DNA of 63,109 bases, filler included, from Octopus bimaculoides (Eukaryota): assembly GCF_001194135.2 (NCBI RefSeq). It is 7 parts of 6 records of this genome, joined end to end, with 100 filler letters (N's around TTAATTAATTAA, not from the genome) between each part and the next. Parts side by side here need not be neighbours in the genome. Positions count along the whole stretch, not along the records: positions 15,425 to 32,636 come from NC_068981.1; positions 32,737 to 38,205 come from NC_068986.1; positions 38,306 to 49,122 come from NC_068991.1; 4 more parts are not named here. The stretch is one strand, 5' to 3'. A program made the translations under genes and the position numbers. This document shows positions 28,868 through 40,640 of this stretch, one piece after another (position 1 is the stretch's first letter; every line of letters starts with the position of its first letter). Below the pieces are notes generated by a model, which was not told the origin of the DNA, did no database searches, and worked only from the letters and a program-made list of their open reading frames with translations.

Positions 28868-29261
28868 GTGGGGGTGCAATGGCCCAGTGGTTAGGGCAGC
28901 GGACTCGCGGTCATAGGATCGCGGTTTCGATTCCCAGACCGGGCGTTGTGAGTGTTTATTGAGCGAAAACACCTAAAGCTCCACGAGGCTCCGACAGGGG
29001 ATGGTGGCGAACCCTGCTGTACTCTTTCACCACAACTTTCTCTCACTCTCACTCTTACTTCCTGTTTCTGTTGTGCCTGTAATTCAAAGGGTCAGTCTTG
29101 TCACACTGTGTCACGCTGAATATCCCCGAGAACTACGTTAAGGGTACACGTGTCTGTGGAGTGCTCAGCCATTTACACGTTAATTTCACGAGCAGGCTGT
29201 TCCGTTGATCGGATCAACTGGAACCCTCAACGTCGTATGCGACGGAGTGCCAACAACAACA
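28868..29261 (+). mobile_element. SINE family B, 12-bp TSD
   Basis: TSD TAAAGGACAAAG at 28856-28867 and 29262-29273. Confidence 0.92.
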
Positions 29262-29354
29262 TAAAGGACAAAGAAACAAACTTAACATTAATGAACATAG
29301 TAACATAAAACTTTAAAATTACAAATGTGCTTTTTGATATTCATGCTACTGTGT

Positions 29355-29560
29355 AAGGCGGTGGGCTGGCAGAATCGTTAGCACAATCGAGCAAAATGCT
29401 TTGCAATATTTCACTCATCCTTACGTTCTCAGTTCAAATTCCGCCAAGGTCGCTTTTACCTTTAATCCCTTTTGTAGGTGATAAAATCAGTTGATTATTG
29501 GGGTCGATGTAACCGACTTACCCCTTCTCCCGATCTTGCTGACCTTGTACCAAAATTTGA
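29355..29560 (+). mobile_element. SINE family C
   Basis: Head AAGGCGGTGGGCTGGCAGAATCGTTAGC plus core. Confidence 0.8.
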
Positions 29561-29769
29561 ATTATATATGAATATATATATATATATATAAGATACAGAT
29601 ATGGAATTAATTTTATTAGCATTTTCCTGCGTTTGAGTATAAAATCATTTCCTTATCTGTATCTTTCAATGCATCTCAACGCTTCTAAAGCAAACTATGT
29701 TGACTTTCAATGTAAGTTGAATTTAATATATAGATAGATCGATATATATATATATATATATACAAAAAA

Positions 29770-30726
29770 TGTAACAAGAACGCAACAGACGACAATAAAA
29801 CATCCGGACAGATAGATGATGTGAAGACGGACAGGAAAAAACAAGGACGGGTCATTCGCAGCCTCCTCCCATCAGTCAAGTTACCAAATTATCCTTACAG
29901 TTTCGGGCAGTTACACTTGAGAGTGTTCGAATCTGACTGCCCACCAAAATCTAAGCTAAGAGCATTAAATTTTGAGGGAGAAAGCAAGCGAATGTGTACG
30001 ACAACAAAGACAAAACACGGAGAACATATTACACAATTACAAATACAAACAAAAAGAAAATAACAGCAAGTGTCTTTCGACTAATAAAGACGAATCGAGT
30101 TGAGCTGGCATGTGTAGAGTGAATGCCTTGAGGCAGGAACATAGGAGATGAGCATAAGAGATGAAAGTCAAGAGACAGGAATATAAGGGATGCTTCGCGG
30201 CAAGCAGTCGAACCAAGAAAGAAATATCATGCCTGGCCGAACACCGGTAACGTAGAAGGAAAAGAGAGAGGTAGGGGAAGAGGGATTGAAGGAGTAGGGG
30301 AAGAACGAGAAAGAGAGGAAATCAAAGGGACATAGAGGGAGGTACAAGGGAGATAAACGAGAATGAAAAGTAGGAATTAAAGAAAGAGAAGGCCAAGAAA
30401 TGTGAGAAAGAGGGAGCGAGAAAAAGAAAAGAGGAAAGAAAGAAGAAAATATGAGGGGGACTAAAAGAAAGTGTAAAAGAGTAGAACAAAATTTAGATAC
30501 TTACTTACAACGTGAGCAAAAATGTACGTACGCCGCTATATGTATATATAAATCCCAAAAATAGAACAAGAACGCAACAGATGACAATTAAACATCCGGA
30601 CAGATAGACGATGCAAAGACGGAAAGGAAAAACAATGCAAAGATGGACGGGGAAAAACAAGGACGGGTCGTTCGCAGGCTCCTCTTATCATTCAGGTTAC
30701 ACTTGAGGCTGTTCGAATCTGGCTGC
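29770..30726. mobile_element. Diverged ~170-bp direct repeats around a purine-rich spacer, probably Penelope-like terminal repeats
   Basis: AACAAGAACGCAACAGA.GACAAT.AAACATCCGGACAGATAGA...AAAACAAGGACGGGTC.TTCGCAG...GTTCGAATCTG.CTGCCC occurs at about 29772-29942 and 30565-30728. The Penelope assignment is inference. Confidence 0.45.
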
Positions 30727-31424
30727 CCCATAAATATGTGTGTGCGCGCGTTCGTAGGATCCATGTATCGAGGTGTAGGAAGAAAGTTAACTTTGAGCAA
30801 TCCCTAGTAAATATAAGAAAAACAACATTCAGGAACAATAGTGGTTTATTGTGACGGAAGGTTGCGGATTATTTTTCTTTATCGAAGAACGATGAGCAGA
30901 AAAAAGTTCTTTTTGTATTCCACGGTAGGTAACCAGAGTTGCTGAGTGTGCGAAAAAGATATGGGCCTCAAGAGTAGCCGGTGGTATACACCTCACTCAG
31001 ATTTTAGCACTTCTGAGGATCCACTCGCTATGAAACATACGTAGCCCGGATTTTTCCTTATCCATTCCGTAACTCTTACATATACATATATATATATATA
31101 CACACACATATGTGTATATATATATACATACTTAGAATATATATTATATACTGATGTATACACATCGAGTAAAATTACATATAAACACACAGCTACATAA
31201 CTGCACATACATATACGTATATACATACACACGTGCACTCGCATACGATATACATAAACATGCGCACACGCAGGTACGAGGGTTTACTTGAAAGTAATGC
31301 AAGAGTAAACATAACATTTTTATTAACTGATATAGATCGTTCGAATTCAATATGTTAGCAAAGTTTCCCACTATAGTAACTCATCTTCTTATTCGTTGTT
31401 ATTTTTTTTTTTTTTTTTTTTGGG

Positions 31425-31650
31425 AAGACCAGCAGTCGCCCATGCAAACCAGCCTCCTCTCCACTGATGTTACCCAAGGGAAAGGCAAAGGCCGATACAG
31501 CTTGGCGCCAGTGTCGTCGCTGAGTGAACTGAAGCAACGTCAAATAAAGTGTCTTGCTCAAGAACATAACTCACAGCACAGTCCGGGAATCGAATACACT
31601 ACCTCATGATTGTGAGCCCGACGCTCTAATCACTGAGCCATGCGCCTTCA
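31425..31650 (-). mobile_element. tRNA-derived SINE of a further family
   Basis: Minus-strand head AAGGCGCATGGCTCAGTGATTAGAGCGTCGG...GTGTATTCGATTCCCGGACT with A/B-box-like motifs. Confidence 0.75.
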
Positions 31651-31831
31651 TATATAGAATATTATATATTCTATTATTATATTATACTATATTATATTAT
31701 ATTATATTACATTGTGTAAACGCTTATTAATTATCATTAGTGTATATATGTGGTTACATGTGGTTATGCGCTACAACCGTTCACTTTGGCAACCTTTTGT
31801 GGATGCTTAGTTGCCCGTGTCTGTTTATTAG

Positions 31832-31880
31832 CTTTGGAAATGCCTTCTCTCGCGCGTCAGTGGCATTTGATTTCGAAAAG
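31832..31880 (+). CDS. Candidate ATD exon (ALEMPSLARQWHLISK); may extend 5' to 31741
   Basis: Good donor AAG|gtaacg. Peptide resembles kainate ALAMGMMTEYYHYIF. The same frame is open back to 31741 (...TFCGCLVARVCLLALEM...). Phase link to the downstream exon is unresolved. Confidence 0.35.
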
Positions 31881-32004
31881 GTAACGTGTGCTCTTTTTTC
31901 ATTTGACGATATTTCCTCCATCTTGTATTGTATTTCGCTCTTTTCGTTTGATTTTATTCTAATTACGTTTCTTTTCTCTTATATTAATGTTCGGAGCCAT
32001 ATAC

Positions 32005-32076
<72 letters not shown>

Positions 32077-32807
32077 CTATATATATACATTTGTGCATGT
32101 GTGTGCTTGTGCGTATATGTTTGTGCTGCGCGTGTGTATGTACACACGTATATGTATGTATGCATGTATGTATATATCAATCCATCTAGATAGATAGATA
32201 GATACAGAAATTGATTTATATTCAAGTTGCATACAAGTATTTGCATACATACGTATATGTTTCCAGATCTGTTTATGATTTTTTACTATTTGTATACGTA
32301 TGTGTGCATGTGCGTATCCATGCGTATACCTGTATGTCTATTCATATATGTTTGTATGTATGCACGTTTGCGTATTTCTTATACATGTGTGTATTCGTTT
32401 GTGTGCATGTGTGCACACGTATTCAGTAAAGCACATATACGTAATACAGACATACATATGTACTTACATATATATGTATATGCATATATCTACATATATA
32501 CATCTTTCTATAGGTATGCTTCTATACATACATATATATATATATATGTAGATATATATTATATTTATACATACGTACGTACGTACTAAGATACACACTC
32601 GTATATACACATACGATATTCATACCGTTGGCGTGCNNNNNNNNNNNNNNNNNNNNNNNNNNNNNNNNNNNNNNNNNNNNTTAATTAATTAANNNNNNNN
32701 NNNNNNNNNNNNNNNNNNNNNNNNNNNNNNNNNNNNAATTTTGTTTTATTGTTTATCATTGTTTATATTTTAAATTACATATATATATATGTATAATTAC
32801 ATATATA

Positions 32808-32939
32808 GGCGCAGGAGTGGCTGTGTGGTAAGTAGCTTGCTTACCAACTACATGGTCCCGTGTTCAGTCTACTATAGCCTTAGGCCGACCAAAGCCTTGT
32901 GAGTGGATTTGGTAGACGGAAACTGGAAGAAGCCCGTCG

Positions 32940-32970
<31 letters not shown>

Positions 32971-33135
32971 NNNNNNNNNNTGTGTTTGCGTCCCCGTAAC
33001 TTAGCGGTTCGGCAAAAGAGACCGATAGAATAAGTACTAGGCTTACAAAGAATAAGTCATGGGGTCGATTTGGTCGACTATAAAGGCGGTGCTCCAGCAT
33101 GGCCGCAGTCAAATGACTGAAACAAGTAAAAGAGA
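32808..33135 (+). mobile_element. SINE family A with a head deletion and a 10-N gap in its (TA)n
   Basis: Same head and tail as 1583-2058. Confidence 0.88.
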
Positions 33136-33278
33136 GTATATATGGCGGGGGGGGGGTGCAAAAATCTTTTAAGTGCGTAGGGCCTCAATAGGTCTTAATC
33201 GCGCGCTGTATACACCCATCACCACTGAATTTGGTTAACGTACGGCAATGTGCCTTAAAAATGTGAATGTAAATTACG

Positions 33279-34080
33279 CCGGAAGTGACGATAGTGACCC
33301 CATTTAATTTCATAAACATAGGCACCTATTTATATTCGTAATACATTTTTGTGATAGCATGAACTTTTCTGAAATAGGAGGTGGGGTACACCACTGTAAC
33401 CCTGCAACGAACACCAGTGACAAGCCACAGGGATACATTTGGGTAGCGATGCGAGAGTTTCCTTGTTAGTTTCAGCAACTAGAATAGCTAGAGTGTGTGC
33501 CGTCCCTGGACCCCACAAAAACACATATTGCCTACAGCAGACCCACAAGTGGTGCCTCTTTAAAATTGCCGCCCCTAATGCCCCTACCTCCCACCTAATT
33601 ACGCTAGTGGTTTCGGCTACATATATAGTTGTGAAATTATAAAAAGAATTCCATTTACTAGTGGGTGCTGAGAAGCTCTTGGCTTTGGGTAAAAGAAAAT
33701 ACAGGAGGATCAATTAATAAAGATTTTATTCAACATATTCCCCTCTCAGATTCACACATTTATGGCAGCGGTCCTTCAGTTTTTCTAAGCCTTGTAAAAG
33801 AACTCGGGAGGTTGGGCCTCCAACAAAGCTTTTCGCAATATCCTTAAAGTTAGCAACTTTCCAGCATCCCCATGCACAGGGCTTCGGATGCTTGCTAAAA
33901 TGAAACTCGGATGACAATTCGCAGCAAGTGATGCTTTATTTACATCGTATCCGCATCTGGATATGTGGCAAAATACATTTAGAAACCGTGAAAAATCTAT
34001 ATGTATGTTATGTTCTATACATGATTTTCAAGTTATATAATCAGAATGAAATTATGGGATTTCCCTGTCGTCACTTCCGG
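33279..34080. mobile_element. Putative non-autonomous DNA element bounded by inverted CCGGAAGTGACGA, carrying a short mariner C-terminal piece
   Basis: 13-bp perfect inverted repeat at 33279-33291 and 34068-34080. Minus-strand GLEKLKDRCHKCVNLRGEYVE* at about 33726-33810 resembles a mariner transposase C-terminus. Confidence 0.45.
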
Positions 34081-34323
34081 TTTCTATAACAAAATGCTTT
34101 CATTTTCTTTTTCTACAACTTTATGTTAATCCTGAATTCTCTTTCTCCTAATTGGTTCCTGCGAGTCGGTCTCTCACTGCTAATGTTTCCAGTGGTCAAT
34201 GAACTATACAGCATTTATGTTGCATATAATCTTTTTTATTCATGGTTGGCTGAAGCGTGTCGATGTGGAATATCAATGACAGATGAGCTCTTTGTTTCAC
34301 ACGCGCACACGAGCGCGCACAAG

Positions 34324-34358
<35 letters not shown>

Positions 34359-34559
34359 GCGCGTCCACACATACAGATGCCCTCAGGTGCACTCAGGTGC
34401 ATGCTCGTCCAGACATGCTCCTGCATCCACACATATACGAAGTCGCACACTGACACATAATTTATCGCGCATAAACACACACACACACGCACATAAGCAT
34501 TCACACAGGTACCTAGACACACATTCGTATTACACACATGCATACATGAGACACTCCAT

Positions 34560-34624
<65 letters not shown>

Positions 34625-34634
34625 NNNNNNNNNN

Positions 34635-34689
<55 letters not shown>

Positions 34690-34793
34690 AAAAGAGAGAG
34701 AGAGAGAAAGTGCATGTGTGCGTGTATGCGACCATGTGTCTATCTCTATGTATGCATATAAGTTTGTGCATTTTATAAACATATCTTTACATG

Positions 34794-34826
<33 letters not shown>

Positions 34827-34874
34827 GCAGACAAACATACGCGCACGTATACGTACACGCACATATATTATATA

Positions 34875-35045
34875 CGGCGAGCTGGCAGAAACGTTATTCG
34901 TCTGTCTTTACGTGCTGAGTTCAAATTCCGCCGAGGTCGACCTTGCCTTTCATCCTTTCGGGGGCGATAAATTAAATACTATTTGCGTACTGGAGTCGAT
35001 CTAATCAACTGGCCCACTCCCCCAAAATATCGGGCCTTGTGCCTA
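34875..35045 (+). mobile_element. SINE family C with internal deletion
   Basis: Head and core match other copies. Confidence 0.82.
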
Positions 35046-35980
35046 TATATTTGCATGTGTTAACACATGAGAGTGTGTCTGTAGATGCTTATACGTGTGC
35101 ATGTGTGCTCGTGCGCATGCGTTTAAAGGAGTAAAACAAATCACTCGTAGAATTTCACTTCCTGAATACTAGTCACAAACTTTATGTTTTGCTACCATTA
35201 AATAATCAATACACTAAGTGCAGTTCAATAGAGTTCATTGATTGATCTACCAGTGATCAGAGAGCGATAGCCATAAAAAAGATATTGACTTTTATTTAGT
35301 CTGAGGTGGGAGAGAATATGGTCCGATCGATTGTATCGATCAATCGATCTAATTGCACCACTGATAGTTTTATCAACCCTCGCGACGGACGAAAACAGAG
35401 TTAATCTCGATGAGATTTGAACACATCGTAGAAGGGAAATAACTACACACGCACGTGCATACACACACACACACATATACATAGATACATATNNNNNNNN
35501 NNNNNNNNNNNNNNNNNNNNNNNNNNNNNNNNNNNNNNNNNNNNNNNNNNNNNNNNNNNNNNNNNNNNNNNNNNNNNNNNNNNNNNNNNNNNNNNNNNNN
35601 NNNNNNNNNNNNNNNNNNNNNNNNNNNNNNNNNNNNNNNNNNNNNNNNNNNNNNNNNNNNNNNNNNNNNNNNNNNNNNNNNNNNNNNNNNNNNNNNNNNN
35701 NNNNNNNNTTTAATAATTAGATGTTTATGAATTAATAATTTACTTAACATCTAAACTGTTAAAGTGGAAAAATTATCAAAAAGCTATTTCTATTCATTTT
35801 TTCTTTCAAATATACAACACTGTTCCAAGGACTTTCTATTTATTATATATATATATATATATATATATACATACATACTGGAAAATGTGTGAGATCCTTG
35901 GTACAGAGGGGTATATTTGATAAAACAAAAAGAATGACTTCACTGGTAGTTCTAATCAGTTTAATCGGCGCAGTCAAATA

Positions 35981-36600
35981 TTGTACAGACGAAACAAATG
36001 CAACATCCCTCCAGCCCAACTGCTAGCACTAAGGAAACTACAACAAGACTCCACAATAATCATAAAAGAAGCTGACAAAGGTGGAGCAATCGTCATCATG
36101 GGCAAAAACCACTATAAAGTTATAATCCTAGAACAGTTGAATGGCGAAGGATTTTACAGGAAAAATCAACAAATGCGAGGAAAAAAAATTCAATGACGAC
36201 AAAGGAGCAAAATAACCACACACAAAAGGAAATCAGTTACTTAACTAACTTTGAAATGAAAACCAGCAATTTTTATGGATTACCGAGAGTTCACAAATCC
36301 AAAGAAATTCAAAATAACATAAAAGGCAAAACTTCCTCATATGTCGAAGTAAGAAATCCGACAGATTTAAAATTACGTCCAATTGCTGCTTGTCCAGCTT
36401 CAAGCACACAACGTCTAAGCAACTTATTAGACATCATTCTGGAACCTCTATGTAAAAAAAGTACCAAGATACATCAGAGAGAATATGGAATTCCTGGACT
36501 ATATCTCCCAGAAAGTACACCAAGACACAATCTTAGTCGGCTTTGATGTAAAAAGCTTATATACTAACATCCCACACGACTTAGGAATTGAAGCTGTTTA
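35981..36600 (+). mobile_element. Penelope-like element reverse transcriptase fragment (pseudogene)
   Basis: IIIKEADKGGAIVIM, NFYGLPRVHK, LRPI and FDVKSLYTNIPHDLGIEAV are Penelope-type RT motifs. Frameshifted and truncated. Confidence 0.88.
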
Positions 36601-36974
36601 GTATTTTAGAATTTTGTATAAATTAGTGAGTTATAAAAGTATCTCTTAATATAGTAATGAGAGTAGTGTTTTTATATATTTTTATATGTCCAGAATCACG
36701 CCGGACGCGGAGGAGGAGAGAAAATAGTAATTCAGTGAAGGAGAAATAGTGGGAGTAATATCCCTGGCTGAGAGGGAGTGAGGGAAAGTAATAGCCATGA
36801 GAGAAAGGAAGGGGTGATAGATGAACTGTGTGCGTGTACAAGGGAATTATGTGAATGTTTGTATGCGTGATAATTTTGTTCCTTATTTTGTACCTTATTT
36901 ATATATAAAATACTACAATTAGCGGTCAGTTTTTACGGCACGAGGTCAGCTAGTTATCTTATAAACTTCCAATC

Positions 36975-37195
36975 TATATTGATTTTAAATTTTGGCACTG
37001 GGCCAGCAGTTTCGGGGGAGGTGCAGGTCGATTGCATCGAACCCCATTAATCAACTGGTACTTAATTTATTGACCCCGAAAGTATGAAAGGTAAAGTCGA
37101 CCACGGTTGAATTTGAACTCAAGGCGTAAAGACGGATGAAATGCCGCTTAATATTTTGCTCGGCGTATTAACGATTCTGCCAGCTAATCATCTTA
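36975..37195 (-). mobile_element. SINE family C
   Basis: Reverse-strand core and head. Confidence 0.8.
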
Positions 37196-38653
37196 GACTT
37201 CCTATCAAAATTGACTTCATTATCAAGTTTGTATGAAATACATCCTTGTAAATAATGTATTGCACTTGCCTGAAACACTGCAACGTATAAATGTTATAAA
37301 TATTTTAAAGAAGGCGTTAAGCAACGTAAGAAATAAGGCAAAATATGCTAGGTGATGCCAATAAATTAAGAAATTTCGGGAAAACTTCCCTTTATCAAAT
37401 ATAAGAAAGAAAATAAGCTAGGTGTTTGGAGAAAAAGTTTTATTATTACTGAGCCAATGACATTATTTTCTAGCGTATGTTAGAAAATAGGAAACTTCCT
37501 CGAAATATAACAGAAGCATTAACAACCTATTTAGAGTGATACAATATCTTGTCTTTGTCATTATTTATCAATATTACCTTATATAATTTTTACGAGATTC
37601 TTACCTGCATTGCTTAAAGGTCTTCTTAAAATTATCAATACCATATTCTTCTGGAAAGCCTATGTTAAGACGCAATCGTCTAACATTTCCTAGATTTCAT
37701 GAAATGTCTTCAGTCTATGTGTAAACACTAAGATGTTCACTCACCATACATAAGGTGTCGCTCTCTTCACCCCTTTTTTATGTAATTATTTTTGTCTTAA
37801 TTGGTTAGAGGGTACTTTCTGACCTTAAACCATTACATCTGAATTTTCTCTTGAAGTTACTGTTAGGGTATTGCTTATGTATATATGTATATATGTATTT
37901 ATGTATGTATGTGTATATGTCTATATGTGTGTATGTAAGTATATATGAATGTGTGTATGTATGTATGTATGTATGTATGTATGTATGTACGCATATGCGT
38001 ATGTACAGTTGCATATATGTGTGTATGTACGGTCATACATATGGATGAATGCAAATGAATGGATATTCATATCTTAATGTATACATACATATATATGTGT
38101 GTGTGTGTATGTGTATGTGTGTGTGTATGTATACGCACACAGATATACATAGTCATATGGATATATGTACATATGTATATATATATATGTATATATAAAT
38201 GTATGNNNNNNNNNNNNNNNNNNNNNNNNNNNNNNNNNNNNNNNNNNNNTTAATTAATTAANNNNNNNNNNNNNNNNNNNNNNNNNNNNNNNNNNNNNNN
38301 NNNNNTTAAATGCTGAAAATACATGTTGTTGCCAATGTTTACATCTGTAAGAATTTTCTATGAAAGTGTTTACCAGTTTATTCTTTGAAAATAAAATAAA
38401 GTAGAGTTCGCTAATACATAAGGAGCAGAATTTTCCACCCTTTTCATATGGCCTAGAAATAGAAAGAATTAGCCAGTCTAGTTTAAATTTTATGTTATTA
38501 TCTTTAAGTTCCCAAATTAATTTGCTAAGGCTCGTGGTATTACGTTTGTTTCTATCTCTAAATGTCGAGAAATGATTAGAAATTCTGGTGGATAATGGTG
38601 AAGAGGAAGATCCAACATAATACCCATGTTAGCATGGAAGACAGAAGTTAAAA

Positions 38654-38692
<39 letters not shown>

Positions 38693-40429
38693 AGATATAT
38701 ACCTATTTTCTATTTCCTGGATTATTTTTAGTCTACTTAGGCACTTAGGATCTGCTGACCATTTTAATTTTAACCCTATTTTCAGTACTAACAATTAATA
38801 TAAACTATCCATGAATCAATTTTTTTTTATATAACCAGTTGTATTATACTATTAATTATATATGTCTTAAGACTAAAATTAGTTTATCTCACTATTTTCT
38901 GTTCTGATAAATATTCACCACATTTTATTTACTGAGGATAGCTCAGTATCCTCCAGTCTACCATACTAATTCTATTGTGCTTACTTTGGCTTCCATTCTC
39001 TCTCATTCTAGTTTCACTTTATTTCTTTTTTTTAATTTTTATATTACTCTCTATATTTCATAAACACAATATCTGTAAACTTCTCTCATTCCTTTAAACT
39101 TTCACTTTCATTTCTCTCTCTATCATTAATACTTGTAGGTTATTAATGAAAACTTACCTGACTCTTTCTATTTGATATTATACATCATCTTCACATTCAT
39201 CACTACTACCCATGGTTTCCTTTTTAATACCTTAGTAAGTCTCCTCCCCTCCCCTTAATAGTAAATTTTTTTATTCATTATTGTCTTCCATACATTAACA
39301 TTTTGAAGATGATTTTTTGTATGTGTATACTGTAGTTGAAAAAATTGATGTAACTACAATATTTTGTTGATCTAATGAGCTAGCCTTCTGTACCTGCATT
39401 CATTTGTAAAATGTACAATAGTATTATGTACTTTATACACACTAGTGTAGGCATGCAAAATAATTTATTAGACACTAAAATAAATTATTTTTGCATGATG
39501 CTAGCTGTAAAATGGCCATCACTCTATGGATATCAAGTGGGAAAATAAATATATTCATCTCATACCACCTGACTATCTTTATAATTATATATATATATAT
39601 ATATATATNNNNNNNNNNNNNNNNNNNNNNNNNNNNNNNNNNNNNNNNNNNNNNNNNNNNNNNNNNNNNNNNNNNNNNNNNNNNNNNNNNNNNNNNNNNN
39701 NNNNNNNNNNNNNNNNNNNNNNNNNNNNNNNNNNNNNNNNNNNNNNNNNNNNNNNNNNNNNNNNNNNNNNNNNNNNNNNNNNNNNNNNNNNNNNNNNNNN
39801 NNNNNNNNNNNNNNNNNNNNNNNNNNNNNNNNNNNNNNNNNNNNNNNNNNNNNNNNNNNNNNNNNNNNNNNNNNNNNNNNNNNNNNNNNNNNNNNNNNNN
39901 NNNNNNNNNNNNNNNNNNNNNNNNNNNNNNNNNNNNNNNNNNNNNNNNNNNNNNNNNNNNNNNNNNNNNNNNNNNNNNNNNNNNNNNNNNNNNNNNNNNN
40001 NNNNNNNNNNNNNNNNNNNNNNNNNNNNNNNNNNNNNNNNNNNNNNNNNNNNNNNNNNNNNNNNNNNNNNNNNNNNNNNNNNNNNNNNNNNNNNNNNNNN
40101 NNNNNNNNNNNNNNNNNNNNNNNNNNNNNNNNNNNNNNNNNNNNNNNNNNNNNNNNNNNNNNNNNNNNNNNNNNNNNNNNNNNNNNNNNNNNNNNNNNNN
40201 NNNNNNNNNNNNNNNNNNNNNNNNNNNNNNNNNNNNNNNNNNNNNNNNNNNNNNNNNNNNNNNNNNNNNNNNNNNNNNNNNNNNNNNNNNNNNTACACAC
40301 ACACATATGTGTATATATGTATATAAGTTTACCTCTATAGATTTTTCTATAGAAAAAAATATCTATAGAGGTAGACTTAAAAATGAAAATATCACACTGC
40401 TAATACATAGTAAGACTCAATATTGCTTT

Positions 40430-40640
40430 CAAGTTTTGGTACAAGGCCAGCAATTTCGGGGGAGGGATAGTTCAATTGGATTGACCCTGATGCTCAACTG
40501 GTACATATTTTATTGACCTCAAAGGGATGAAAGCCAAAGTGAACCTCAGCAGAATTTGAACTCAGAGCATAAAGAAAGACGAAATGCTGCTAAGCATTTT
40601 GCCCAGTGTGCTAATGATTCTGCTAGCTCATCACCTTATC
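40430..40640 (-). mobile_element. SINE family C, CpG-decayed
   Basis: Aligns to the family, but most CG dinucleotides read TG or CA. Confidence 0.8.
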
